Source of the DNA: Cyclobacteriaceae bacterium | Lineage (GTDB): Bacteria; Bacteroidota; Bacteroidia; Cytophagales; Cyclobacteriaceae | Assembly: GCA_020436165.1 (NCBI GenBank) | Contig: JAGQYI010000076.1 | Coordinates: 99,555 to 163,554, forward strand | Direction of reading: 5' to 3' | DNA length: 64,000 bases | Shown: in pieces, positions 1 through 10,288 of the stretch | Numbering within the stretch: position 1 is the first letter of the stretch | How the letters are laid out: every line of letters starts with the position of its first letter | Program-made: the position numbers and the translations under genes | The notes under the pieces: model-generated | Databases searched by the model: none | What the model was told of the DNA's origin: nothing | The model's input: the letters and a program-made list of their open reading frames with translations, nothing else

Positions 1-449
1 TTCTTTCGTAATCTCGACAAGGCGGTGTTGTACACAATCTTATACAACCAGCTCGAAAATTTGGCCTCTTCATTGTGCTGCATAATGTTTTTGTACACCT
101 TGATAAACGAGTCCGAAACAATCTCCTCTGCGTCTTCCCTGCTTTTTACAATATTATAAGCTACGGTGAACGCCAGATGCTGGTACGTTTCAACCAATTG
201 CTGAAATGCACCTGTATCTCCGGCCTTCACGCGCCTAACTAACTGTTTACTTGCAGGGTTGTCGCTCACTTAGTATATAGACTACCGTTCTGTTGGTGTG
301 GTTACATAAAATTAAAAATTATAGCATCATTGCTGTAAGTGTTGAGTAATGACGTTGGAAGATTTTTTTTCATTGGATGTGTAACCGCTACGCTCTCCGC
401 GTTGTCTTCCCCCATGTAAACACATTATTCAACTAAAACTCGAAATAAA

Positions 450-806
450 ATGGGATCAGAAGTAATTATTGTACCTGCCATGTTCTTGACCCTCTTTGGC
501 ATAATTTATTATTTTCTAATTACGCGCAACAAGGAACGACTGGCACTTATTGAAGCCGGAACAGATGCTAAATTGTTCAAAGGAGGATCGAACAGTTCGT
601 GGTACTTCGTAATTGTGCTGGGCATGCTGGCCATAGGCATTTCCCTGGGCGTTGGGCTGGGCTTTATTATTTTGCACTCCTCCGATGGATTTAACTCGGA
701 TTATGCACCAGGCGCATTTGTTTTCAGTATCTTCCTGTTTGCAGGCTTAAGCCTTTTGGCCTCTTTCTTCTTAATCAGAAAGATCAGAAAACAAGACGGA
801 GAATAA
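450..806 (+). CDS. small hypothetical integral membrane protein (3 predicted TM segments)
   Basis: Hydrophobic 118-aa ORF with AT-rich upstream region. Its 3' end is partially duplicated downstream. No recognisable family. Confidence 0.45.
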   Translation: MGSEVIIVPAMFLTLFGIIYYFLITRNKERLALIEAGTDAKLFKGGSNSSWYFVIVLGMLAIGISLGVGLGFIILHSSDGFNSDYAPGAFVFSIFLFAGLSLLASFFLIRKIRKQDGE

Positions 807-840
807 GAAATTCAATATAAAACTATCTGCATTACTAGAA

Positions 841-899
841 CTGGTTGCAGGCCTCCCTGCGACCAGTTTTTTATAGTCTCAGCGAGACGCTAAGACTAG
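841..899. repeat. REP-like composite (hairpin CTGGTTGCAGGCCTCCCTGCGACCAG plus AGTCTCAGCGAGACGCTAAGACTAG)
   Basis: Same two-module arrangement as at 44169-44227. Confidence 0.55.
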
Positions 900-989
900 A
901 TTTAGCATCTTTCTTTTTAATTCGAAAGATCAGAAAGCAGGACGGGGAATAAGCAAAAACTCAATATAAAACTATCTTTATATGGATAT

Positions 990-1022
990 CTAGGCGTAGT
1001 TTGAAACTACGCCTAGTTTTTT
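990..1022 (+). terminator. Rho-independent terminator hairpin (12-13 bp stem) plus T-run
   Basis: ctaggcgtagtt-tga-aactacgcctag followed by tttttt. Confidence 0.6.
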
Positions 1023-1110
1023 CAATTAAAGTTGACTTTTCTTAGGCCAGCTTACTTGCAATAGCATTCCAATTGGTCTCAGCGAGACTATAAGACTAAA
1101 TATAGATAAT

Positions 1111-2817
1111 TTAAGTGGTCTTCTTCGGCCAAACTGCCTGCAACACTACGGCAATAGCAACCACCAGCAAGGCTCCAATGGGGTTAAACCACAAATAGGT
1201 AATGCCCAACTTGCCCGCGCGGGAAAGGAAGTATAACCACACAATAATGCCTTCCGAAATAACCGTGGCTACAAAAACAGCGTTCGCTTTCACATATTTC
1301 ACCCCAAAGGCCACAATAAATATTCCCAGGATAGGCCCGTAGAATACTGAACCTAAAATATTCACTGCTTGGATAAGATTATCCAATTGAGTGGCGAAAA
1401 CAGCAAACAACAGAGCCAGAATACCCCAGAAAACCGTAAACAGGCGCGACATAAACAAATAATGCGCATCCGTAGCAGAATCGTTGACCATGCGTTTGTA
1501 AAAATCGATTACCGTAGTGGAGCCCAGCGCATTCAATTCGGAAGAAGTGGAACTCATGGCAGCCGAAAAGATCACGGCCATCAACAATCCAATAATACCA
1601 TGTGGCAAATACTTCATCACAAAGGTGATAAACACATAGTCCGAATCCTTGGAGTCCAGATCAGGGTTAATATCCTGCATTAGCCCCACAGCTTCCGCTT
1701 TGATGGATTCCTGTTGCTCCTGTAGTTTATTTACACGTTCTGTAAGTTGGGTCGTGCTTTCTTCATCTCCAGCCTTATCGGCTGCTACCAGCTCGCCCAA
1801 TAAAACACGTTTTTGGTCGAATACCTGCTGGTGCTGCTTACTGAGCTCGTTATATTGCTGTTCGTATTTGCTAGTGGCTAGTTTATCCGTTTCGGTCTTA
1901 TTAAAGAATATGGGTGGCATGGTAAACTGGTAGAAGATAAAAACCAGCACACCTATCAGCAATATTGAAAACTGCATGGGTATTTTAAACACCCCATTAA
2001 ACAGCAAGCCAAGTCGTATTTCCTTGATGCTTTTACCGGATAAATAGCGTTGAACCTGCGACTGGTCCGTTCCAAAATATGCCAGGAACAAAAACAGCGC
2101 TGCTGTAAGCCCCGACCAGATATTGTAGCGGTTAGTAGGGTCAAATTTCCAGTCGATCACATTCATTTTTCCCATTTTACCTGCCACCACCAATGACTCC
2201 TTAAAACCAATATGATCGGGTAATTTGACCAGCAACACCACAAAAGCCACAAACATGCCTGCCATAATAACTACCATTTGTTGCTTCTGCGTTTCAGCAA
2301 CGGCCTTGGTCCCTCCAGAAACAGTATAGATAATGACCAGCACTCCAATAATCAGAATGGTAATGTTAATATCCCAGTTGAGAATAGCCGTAAGAATAAT
2401 TGCTGGCGCATAAATGGTAATACCGGCTGCCAGCCCACGCGATACCAAAAATAAAAAAGCAGCCAACGCCCTTGATTTTAAGTCGAAACGCTGTTCCAGA
2501 AACTCGTAGGCCGTATATACCTTCAGTTTAAAGTATAGTGGCACCACCACGGCCGATAAGATGATCATGGCGATGGGCATACCAAAGTAAAACTGAACGA
2601 AACCCATCCCATCCTGGTAAGCCTGCCCCGGAGTTGATAAAAACGTAATGGCGCTTGCCTGAGTGGCCATCACTGAAAGCCCAATCGTGCCCCATTTCAT
2701 TGAGTTGTCGCCCAGCAAATACCCTTTTAGATCATGACTTTTACGAGTTTTCCAGGTGCCATACAAGGCAATAGCCAGCAGGGTTCCAAAAAGTACGATA
2801 AAATCAATACTATGCAT
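1111..2817 (-). CDS. sodium:solute symporter (SSS) family transporter with ~90-aa cytoplasmic coiled-coil insertion
   Basis: Multi-TM protein with SSS-like motifs (GTxGLSVMATQASAITFLSTPG, YTxSGG). Start moved to internal Met (MHSIDFIV, cat at 2815-2817) to remove a non-conserved N-terminal extension. Confidence 0.75.
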   Translation of the reverse strand: MHSIDFIVLFGTLLAIALYGTWKTRKSHDLKGYLLGDNSMKWGTIGLSVMATQASAITFLSTPGQAYQDGMGFVQFYFGMPIAMIILSAVVVPLYFKLKVYTAYEFLEQRFDLKSRALAAFLFLVSRGLAAGITIYAPAIILTAILNWDINITILIIGVLVIIYTVSGGTKAVAETQKQQMVVIMAGMFVAFVVLLVKLPDHIGFKESLVVAGKMGKMNVIDWKFDPTNRYNIWSGLTAALFLFLAYFGTDQSQVQRYLSGKSIKEIRLGLLFNGVFKIPMQFSILLIGVLVFIFYQFTMPPIFFNKTETDKLATSKYEQQYNELSKQHQQVFDQKRVLLGELVAADKAGDEESTTQLTERVNKLQEQQESIKAEAVGLMQDINPDLDSKDSDYVFITFVMKYLPHGIIGLLMAVIFSAAMSSTSSELNALGSTTVIDFYKRMVNDSATDAHYLFMSRLFTVFWGILALLFAVFATQLDNLIQAVNILGSVFYGPILGIFIVAFGVKYVKANAVFVATVISEGIIVWLYFLSRAGKLGITYLWFNPIGALLVVAIAVVLQAVWPKKTT

Positions 2818-2952
2818 TAGTAGGCAATAGTGAGGTAAGAAAACAATAACAGTTCTACTACAAAAAATATAATGGATGTTAGGTAGAAGGCTTTCCAATT
2901 GCCTAGAACAGGCGCTTCGGTATATTCCGGAGTTTTCAAAAAGTCCATGAAA

Positions 2953-5454
2953 CTATCGTTTTTCAACATGCGTGGTTGGGTTACTGCTTAGTGAAATTAT
3001 ATTGGCAAACAATCGATACGCTCCGGGCACTCCGGCAGGCAGTTCCCTGAAAAAGCTTAAGCCTGTATAAATGTAGTATCCTTTTCCATATTCGGTTACC
3101 AGCAAGCTGCTCTCATGTGCTTTTTCACCGGTGTCGTGCATAGACAAAGGAGCCTGGTAGTGCGCATCCCAATCGCTTGGGAAATAAAGCCCCCGCTCCT
3201 GCACCCATCCGTCAAAATCGTGCGCTGTTATGGCATTAGGATAACTAAGCACCGTTGCCTGCTTTTGTGTTATGGTTACATTGGCATCCTCCTCTGCTAC
3301 CCTGCTGGCAGCAGAACCACCACTGAATGTAAGCGGGTACGGAGCAAAATCTTTCCAGTCGAGCCCACGGGTAGTATTATACTGTGCAACCAGGGTGCCA
3401 CCTTTTTGAACATAGCCCAGCAAGGCATCGCGTTTATCTTTCAACCAATCGTTGGTATTTAAAGCACGAACCCCCAGAACAACTGCATCCAATGTGGCCA
3501 GATTTTCAGGCGTAATATCTGCCTCATTCATCATCCAAACCTTTACGCCCATTTGTTCCAGGGCCCTGGGCACCTCATCACCCGCTCCCATAATGTAACC
3601 CACTGTTTTAACCCCAATTGCTACATCGAGATTGACAGCTTTAGCTTCTGCCTTTGGCAGCAATACCTGGTAAGGAATATGGTCGTAAGCAATGGTTTGC
3701 ATGGATCGGGTGTACTCCTTGCCATTTGATGCAACAATCGCTCCAATCTCTACCTCGCCATGATCGTTTTGAGGTGGAGTTACGGTAAACTGAACAGAAT
3801 GCATTGAACCCTCTTTCAAATCGGAAAGCTTAATTTGTTCCGGTTGCGATTTCCACTTTGGCGGTAGCTTTAAGGATATAGTCGCTTCACTCATATTTCT
3901 GTTAGCCGAAACCTGAAGGCCAACTGTTTTAGAAGCCCCATTATCGAAGATGACCACAGGGTCTTCAAAAGTAGAAACCAGCGCAGGAACCACGTTAAGA
4001 GGTCGGTAGGATTCGCCTTTTACCCTGTCTGTCCATTTATACTCAACAGGAATAGTGTATTCAATCTTATCTCCTCCAAAATCTAACAACACGTTTACCG
4101 AATAAACCGGATCGTTTTCTGCTTTTCCTCGCTGGAGCTGATTCGAAACAGAATACATGCCCAGCGTTGGCTTTTCTTCCAACCAGTACGGTCCGCTATA
4201 ATTCTTATCTAAGGGTACCTTTAAACCAATGGCTAAATCTTCTTTCTGATTATTTTTTAAAATCAATTCTTTAGATAACTGTTCCTGATTGGCAAGCATT
4301 ATTGAGGTTACCTGAACAGGTATATTGCTCCGGTTTACAAGTTCAAAATTAACATGAAGCGAATCTCCCGGCACCACCAACGGGTTGCTTGATGTGGCAT
4401 CCATGAACAAACCCATGCATTCAGCAATAAGCATATCAATTTCAGACAACTTTTTGGTCCTCCAAAAATCATCAGCAATACCTTTCACCTTTTCACGAAG
4501 CGCAATCAAGCTTTTCACGGAAGTCTGAGGGTTCAACGGGTCGTAGTTTGCAATTATCTTGTCAACCTCCTCTGTCAATTCAGGATGTCCTACCCTGCCC
4601 CACGTGAGGTCAACACCTTCAAACAGGTTTTCCTTAGGTGCAGAGCCTAAAACAGGCTTCAGGTATTCGTATTGTTCACCACGGAAAGGAGTGGCACCAA
4701 ACCCCTGGCTTTTGTGCTGCGAGCGGCTTTCAGCCGCCATTTCAGTATAAGAAGTACCTAGAGCAGGATTGTAGGTTCCCACATCTATTTTAACGGTATT
4801 AGGCTGGTTTTCAATATCCGTATCCCACCAACGTCCCGAATTAAGCATTAAGCGGGTAGGCTGCCAAACACTTACGTATTTAAGTTGCTCAGGGTACGCG
4901 TTTTTATCACCTGCCAGTTTAAAGGCTTCTTCGGCCAATATAGCCGAAGTGGCGTGATGCCCGTGCCCCGCTCTGGCATCCGGTGGAAAGCGTGTAACAA
5001 TGGCATCAGGCCGAAAGTTGCGGATGACCCAGACCATATCGGAAAGCACTTGGTCTTTGTCCCATATCTTGAGTGTTTCATCCGAGGTCTTGGAATAACC
5101 GAAATCATTGGCTCTTGTGAAGAACTGTTGGCCACCATCAATTCTACGTGCTGCCAACAGTTCCTGGGTACGAATAACACCAAGTCCTTCCCGAAGCTCC
5201 GGGCCGATCAGGTTTTGTCCACCATCGCCACGCGTGGCGGCCAAATAGCCGGTATTCAATAGCATTTCGTTACTGAAATACGCAATCAAACGGGTATTCT
5301 CATCATCGGGGTGAGCTGCCAGATACAATACGTTTCCCAGAACATTTAGCTTTTCAATATCGCGAAGAATTGCAGAAGAAGGCTTTTGAACAGGTTGAGA
5401 AATGCCAATTGCTGACCAAAACAGCAAAGAGAATAATAGAATGGTCTTTTTCAT
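2953..5454 (-). CDS. PIG-L/LmbE-family N-acetylglucosaminyl deacetylase, large secreted multidomain form
   Basis: Signal peptide. N-terminal HPDDEN…RGDGGQN LmbE-like motif. 833 aa. Confidence 0.7.
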   Translation of the reverse strand: MKKTILLFSLLFWSAIGISQPVQKPSSAILRDIEKLNVLGNVLYLAAHPDDENTRLIAYFSNEMLLNTGYLAATRGDGGQNLIGPELREGLGVIRTQELLAARRIDGGQQFFTRANDFGYSKTSDETLKIWDKDQVLSDMVWVIRNFRPDAIVTRFPPDARAGHGHHATSAILAEEAFKLAGDKNAYPEQLKYVSVWQPTRLMLNSGRWWDTDIENQPNTVKIDVGTYNPALGTSYTEMAAESRSQHKSQGFGATPFRGEQYEYLKPVLGSAPKENLFEGVDLTWGRVGHPELTEEVDKIIANYDPLNPQTSVKSLIALREKVKGIADDFWRTKKLSEIDMLIAECMGLFMDATSSNPLVVPGDSLHVNFELVNRSNIPVQVTSIMLANQEQLSKELILKNNQKEDLAIGLKVPLDKNYSGPYWLEEKPTLGMYSVSNQLQRGKAENDPVYSVNVLLDFGGDKIEYTIPVEYKWTDRVKGESYRPLNVVPALVSTFEDPVVIFDNGASKTVGLQVSANRNMSEATISLKLPPKWKSQPEQIKLSDLKEGSMHSVQFTVTPPQNDHGEVEIGAIVASNGKEYTRSMQTIAYDHIPYQVLLPKAEAKAVNLDVAIGVKTVGYIMGAGDEVPRALEQMGVKVWMMNEADITPENLATLDAVVLGVRALNTNDWLKDKRDALLGYVQKGGTLVAQYNTTRGLDWKDFAPYPLTFSGGSAASRVAEEDANVTITQKQATVLSYPNAITAHDFDGWVQERGLYFPSDWDAHYQAPLSMHDTGEKAHESSLLVTEYGKGYYIYTGLSFFRELPAGVPGAYRLFANIISLSSNPTTHVEKR

Positions 5455-5656
5455 GAATTGTAGTTATCAACGGTTGCCAGTTCGAAAAGTTAATACAATT
5501 TTAGAAGATAGGCAGTTCAGTTGTATAGAACCCTTCAGCAATTATATAAACGGTCTGGCCAATCTGCCTTACATAGTTATAAATCGTTGATAAATGCGCT
5601 AAACCAATTGCAAAAACGGCAAATAATTGATTAATTGGTAATGAAATTCCTAATCT

Positions 5657-6466
5657 ATGAAAAAGCTTGTTCTGATTGCCTGCATTTTTGGGACTCCCTT
5701 TCTGTATGCACAATCAATGGAAGGTGAATGGCATGGTAAATTATTGGACGAAAATGGAGAGATAATAAATTACCTGAATATATCTATCGAAAATTCGGAT
5801 GGCAGACTGCATGCCATACGTAAGAAGCTAAACCCTAAAACAGATAACTGGGAGCCCGTAGCTGGAGATACTCAATTTGTATCTGCTAATAACAACGCTA
5901 TTCTTACTCAGATAAGTAAAGGAGATAAGTGGTCAGAGTCGGATGTTTTTTTGTTATCGTATATATCTGAAAAGAAAATATCGGTGATTTGGGTAAACCA
6001 GGTCAATAATTCAGGCACACCATATAATAAGGTAATTACAAAAACAGGAACCGGTTATCTTGAACCTTTTTACAATGGTAAAATTTATGAGAACTTATCT
6101 ATTGGAGGTACTTCCACCAACAGAGTTTCTATTGATCGGGTTGAGGTGGCCGATCCGGCTACCATCGTAACGTTTTCATACCACAATACATCGTTGGAAT
6201 CTGTAATGATGCGACTTACACCGCCTGGCTTTAGTGGGGCCTACTATATAACCCCACCTGACAGGTCTCGCAAATACACTATTGTTGATAAGGATAATAT
6301 CGCCTACGAGCCAGACAATACTGTGGTTGCTCCCAACAGTTACCACACCTTTAAAATATACTTTGAGCCAATCCCAGACTCTTTAAAGAGCTTTTCTATC
6401 CTGGAAGGAGATCCTCAGATACAGTCGGGAAAAGAATGGAATTTTTATGATATCCAGCTGAAATAA
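5657..6466 (+). CDS. hypothetical secreted protein
   Basis: Signal peptide (MKKLVLIACIFGTPFLYAQ). No known motif. Confidence 0.5.
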   Translation: MKKLVLIACIFGTPFLYAQSMEGEWHGKLLDENGEIINYLNISIENSDGRLHAIRKKLNPKTDNWEPVAGDTQFVSANNNAILTQISKGDKWSESDVFLLSYISEKKISVIWVNQVNNSGTPYNKVITKTGTGYLEPFYNGKIYENLSIGGTSTNRVSIDRVEVADPATIVTFSYHNTSLESVMMRLTPPGFSGAYYITPPDRSRKYTIVDKDNIAYEPDNTVVAPNSYHTFKIYFEPIPDSLKSFSILEGDPQIQSGKEWNFYDIQLK

Positions 6467-6472
6467 TTGCAA

Positions 6473-7060
6473 TCAGTCAGTTATTCCAAACTCATTCAAT
6501 TTCTCATAGATTTTCAGGCAAACCCAAGCATCTGTAGCAGCGTATACCTGTTGGCTCCTGTTCAACACAGGGTTTTCCCAATTAGAGGTTTGCTGAGATT
6601 TGGAAATACGAAAACCCAATATCATTGCCGCCAGTTTGCGTAAACCTGTGTTTACTACTCCATGTTTTTTAATAAGCGAATGAATATCCCTGAAGCCTTT
6701 AGGGCTAAACTTACCCAGCTTTTTAAGATCAATAATGTCATCGTGCAAGGCTACTCCCAGTTTTATTACATGTGGGTTTTCGAACAATGAACGGATTCGC
6801 TCTGTAAGACCAATTATGTTTATTCTAAATAGGTACACTTTGCCAGGTATGGCAAACTGAAGTAAGGAAACATGATGAAATTCGCCCTTCTGAAAAGATG
6901 GCTTTGATTCAGTATCAAACCCAACGATGGAGTGTTTCTCAATTTCCAAAACAGCTTCTTCTACATCCTCTTCTTTATCAATAAGGATTATCTTCCCAGA
7001 ATAGGCTCTGAGTGGCAAAGCATTCACTTCTTCCGATGAAATCCGTTCGCGCAGTGTCAT
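6473..7060 (-). CDS. 3'-5' exonuclease (RNase D-like DEDDy domain) protein
   Basis: VGFDTE…Y…D pattern typical of DnaQ-like 3'-5' exonuclease domain. 195 aa. Confidence 0.65.
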   Translation of the reverse strand: MTLRERISSEEVNALPLRAYSGKIILIDKEEDVEEAVLEIEKHSIVGFDTESKPSFQKGEFHHVSLLQFAIPGKVYLFRINIIGLTERIRSLFENPHVIKLGVALHDDIIDLKKLGKFSPKGFRDIHSLIKKHGVVNTGLRKLAAMILGFRISKSQQTSNWENPVLNRSQQVYAATDAWVCLKIYEKLNEFGITD

Positions 7061-8506
7061 TTATTCATTGTTGGGCTTAGAAACCAACTTGCGGATTTTT
7101 ATACCTAAATAGGCATAAGTGATCGTCATAAGCGGGCTCAGGTAATTAAAAAATGCGTAAGGTAAATAAGTAAAAGTGCTTACTCCCAAAACCGTTGATT
7201 GGTAGGCTCCGCATGTATTCCAGGGTACGATTGCAGAGGTTACCGTTCCGGAATCTTCCAATGTACGGCTCAGGTTTTCCGGAGCCAATCCTCTTTCGCG
7301 ATACGTTGGGGCATACATTCTGCCGGGCACAACAATAGAAATATATTGATCAGAAGCTGTTAAATTAAAAACCACGCAGGTTGCAGCTGTTGATGCTACC
7401 AAAGAACCCGTTGAATGAGCATACTGTATGATGCTATCTGCGATACGTTTTAGCATACCACTGGATTCCATTACTCCTCCAAAAGTCATCGCACAAATGA
7501 TCAGCCAAATGGTATTCATCATTCCGAACATACCACTTGCTGAAAGCAGTTCATCCACAGCCGCATTGCCGGTAACAATATTGGTTTGGCTATATAAGGC
7601 CAATAAAACTCCTTTGTAGTATGCCCATGCAGAAGGCACTGATGTTCCTGCAATTTCCAACACCAGGTTGGGTTGAAAAATAATTGCAAATACTCCACCT
7701 AATAAAGCACCCATTAGCAATGCGGGTATTGCAGGCGCTTTTTTAAGAATAGCTCCGATCACAACCAAAGGAACCACAAATAACCATGGAGTAATGGTAA
7801 ACTTAGATGCAATAGCTGTGTGAACTTCCTGTACGGTATCAATACTCGATTTGGTGTCTATAGTGAACCCCCAAATAAGAAAAATAAGGAGGGTTATTGA
7901 AATAGTTGGAACAGTAGTGTACGTCATGTAGCGTATGTGCGTAAACAGATCGGTACCGGCCATGGCAGGCGCCAGATTTGTTGTATCTGACATAGGCGAC
8001 ATCTTATCTCCAAAATAAGCTCCTGAAACGATTGCTCCTGCCACCAGGCCATCGTGAATACCCATTGCCTTTCCTATACCTACCAGTGCAATGCCAATGG
8101 TAGCAGCAGTAGTCCACGAGCTTCCAGTAGCAAGTGAAACAATTGCACTAACCACACATGCTGCAAAAAGAAAGATTGTAGGATTAAGAATGTCTAACCC
8201 GTAATAGATTAAGGCTGGTACAATGCCACTTAACAGCCATGTTCCTGCCAATGACCCAATCAGCATCAAAATAAGCATAGCCGACATGGCAGAGGTAATG
8301 CTCTTTACAATCCCATCAAGAATTTCATCCCACTTATACCCCAGACGTATGGCTATAATAGCGCCAACGGTAGCAGCAAACAATAACCCCATTTGGTTGG
8401 CTCCATAAGTGGCATCATCTCCAAAAAGCTGAACGTTGGTTACAAGTAAAAGTATTAACACTACTATAGGGAGAAGTGCTTGAAATAATGAGGGTCTTTT
8501 ATGCAT
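7061..8506 (-). CDS. nhaC: Na+/H+ antiporter NhaC family protein
   Basis: 481-aa polytopic membrane protein with NhaC-like repeated halves. Directly abuts downstream exonuclease gene. Confidence 0.75.
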   Translation of the reverse strand: MHKRPSLFQALLPIVVLILLLVTNVQLFGDDATYGANQMGLLFAATVGAIIAIRLGYKWDEILDGIVKSITSAMSAMLILMLIGSLAGTWLLSGIVPALIYYGLDILNPTIFLFAACVVSAIVSLATGSSWTTAATIGIALVGIGKAMGIHDGLVAGAIVSGAYFGDKMSPMSDTTNLAPAMAGTDLFTHIRYMTYTTVPTISITLLIFLIWGFTIDTKSSIDTVQEVHTAIASKFTITPWLFVVPLVVIGAILKKAPAIPALLMGALLGGVFAIIFQPNLVLEIAGTSVPSAWAYYKGVLLALYSQTNIVTGNAAVDELLSASGMFGMMNTIWLIICAMTFGGVMESSGMLKRIADSIIQYAHSTGSLVASTAATCVVFNLTASDQYISIVVPGRMYAPTYRERGLAPENLSRTLEDSGTVTSAIVPWNTCGAYQSTVLGVSTFTYLPYAFFNYLSPLMTITYAYLGIKIRKLVSKPNNE

Positions 8507-8555
8507 AGTAGAAAATTAATCGGGCAAATTAAAAAAGTGAAGGCACTTTACAAAC

Positions 8556-9668
8556 CTATAACTCCCTGAATTGGTAGATAACCCCGCGATCTGCCAGGTA
8601 TTTTACTACATAATTGAAATTATTCTCATCTTCCCCCACAAATTCAGGTGGGTTTATACCCTTACGATCAAATTTTCCTTCAAGCACCAGATTAGCAACA
8701 GCCGTACATGTATAGCCCGTTGTTCTGGCCATAGAAATAATAGTATTCTCACGATCGAACCGATCGAGCAGATAATATTCCAGATGTTTACCCTCTCCAT
8801 CAATCTGAATGCGCATAACGGTATAGTCTTCTTCTCCAGGTTGAAGTTTCCATTTCGGAAACAACAACTTCGCAGTAAGGTCCACCGGACGGATTTTTGT
8901 GCCGTTTATTTCCACTTCTTCATACGAAAAGAAACCGCTTTCTCTTAGCACACGCAAATACTCAATGCAACCAGGGTACCGAAGTGTTTTCTCAATCATA
9001 TTTGGAATATCCATGGTTTGAGCCAGGGTTCTAAGCCCATCCGAATTCCAGGCTTCCAAAGTTCCTATTCGATCAAAATCAACCAACTCAGCATCTGAAA
9101 GAGCTGGCTTGGTAATTAAATGCCCATTTTCAACATACCTTGCGGGTCGGATATACTCTTCAATTACATCAATAGGAGAAAAAACCGCTTTGTATTCATA
9201 AGGCCATTCGCGTACAACAGGCAGACCTCCTACAAGGCACTCATACCGGTCCACTTTCATTTTACTGTTGTGGTACCCCAAAATTATATTTCCCATTCCT
9301 GGTGCCACTCCACAGTCCGTAACCACAGTTACTCCTTTTTCCTGAGCCAGTTTATCTAACTGAAAAGGGTCTTCCGGAAAAAAAGAGATGTCCACTATGT
9401 CCTTTCCTGCTTCAATTACTTCCTTAACCATGGCATACCCCATAAAACCGGGAACCGCTCCAATAACAAGATCAAATGCCGCAACTACCTGTTTTACCGC
9501 ACCTGGTCTTGCCAAATCTTTAATAATGGTACTTACTCCCTTTTTTCGAAGTTTTTCCAGAGCCTCTTCCTTAAAATCTACAGAAGTTACATTGTGATTT
9601 TTGGATAGATCAAGGGCTATGGCGCTACCCACCAAACCTGCTCCAAGTACTACTATATTCTTTCCCAT
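8556..9668 (-). CDS. saccharopine dehydrogenase family NAD(P)-binding protein
   Basis: N-terminal Rossmann GxGxxG (VVLGAGLVGSAIA). 370 aa with Lys9/saccharopine DH-like C-terminal domain. Confidence 0.7.
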   Translation of the reverse strand: MGKNIVVLGAGLVGSAIALDLSKNHNVTSVDFKEEALEKLRKKGVSTIIKDLARPGAVKQVVAAFDLVIGAVPGFMGYAMVKEVIEAGKDIVDISFFPEDPFQLDKLAQEKGVTVVTDCGVAPGMGNIILGYHNSKMKVDRYECLVGGLPVVREWPYEYKAVFSPIDVIEEYIRPARYVENGHLITKPALSDAELVDFDRIGTLEAWNSDGLRTLAQTMDIPNMIEKTLRYPGCIEYLRVLRESGFFSYEEVEINGTKIRPVDLTAKLLFPKWKLQPGEEDYTVMRIQIDGEGKHLEYYLLDRFDRENTIISMARTTGYTCTAVANLVLEGKFDRKGINPPEFVGEDENNFNYVVKYLADRGVIYQFREL

Positions 9669-9721
9669 TTATGTAAATTTGAATACTATAAAAAATTGCT
9701 TGTAAAGCTAAGAAAAAGATC

Positions 9722-10231
9722 ATGCTAAATCCCACCAAAATTATAAAGAAGGCAAAGACTTCCCCCAGGTACCTTTGGTTACTTAATTACGGACTTGCCA
9801 GAAAAATACCCTTTAACAAACCTCATGGTTTTAGAATTTTAGAGATTGGCGACAATCATATTACTACATTTTTGCCATTTAAAAAGGCTAACCTTAACCA
9901 CATAAAAGGGCTGCATGCTTGTGCATTGGCTACACTATCTGAGTTTACAACAGGTCTTACATTAATTCAAAAGCTAAATGCTAAAAAATACAGGATCATT
10001 CTTAAGAATCTGAACCTCAACTACCATTACCAGGGTAAGTCTGGTGCTACTGCCACATTTGAAGCTAATGATGAATGGATTGATCGAAATGTACTGGACC
10101 CGCTTAAGTACGAAGATTCAGTAACGGTAGTATGCCCTGTAGATAGCTACGACACCAACAACAACCATTTATGTACCGGAATGGTGGAATGGCAAATTAA
10201 AGAATGGAAAAAAGTGAAGACAAAAGTGTAA
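9722..10231 (+). CDS. hotdog-fold (DUF4442-like) protein
   Basis: 169 aa. Similarity by eye to PaaI/DUF4442 thioesterase-like proteins. Confidence 0.45.
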   Translation: MLNPTKIIKKAKTSPRYLWLLNYGLARKIPFNKPHGFRILEIGDNHITTFLPFKKANLNHIKGLHACALATLSEFTTGLTLIQKLNAKKYRIILKNLNLNYHYQGKSGATATFEANDEWIDRNVLDPLKYEDSVTVVCPVDSYDTNNNHLCTGMVEWQIKEWKKVKTKV

Positions 10232-10288
10232 ACATATGCAACCCTTCTTACGTTGAACCCATCTATAAGTCAAAACTCAATAATAATT

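Noticed and set aside
1369-1933. Plus-strand ORFs of 104 and 94 aa inside the SSS transporter gene
   Set aside because: Antisense shadow ORFs with low-complexity Ser/Cys-rich translations, fully inside a well-supported gene.
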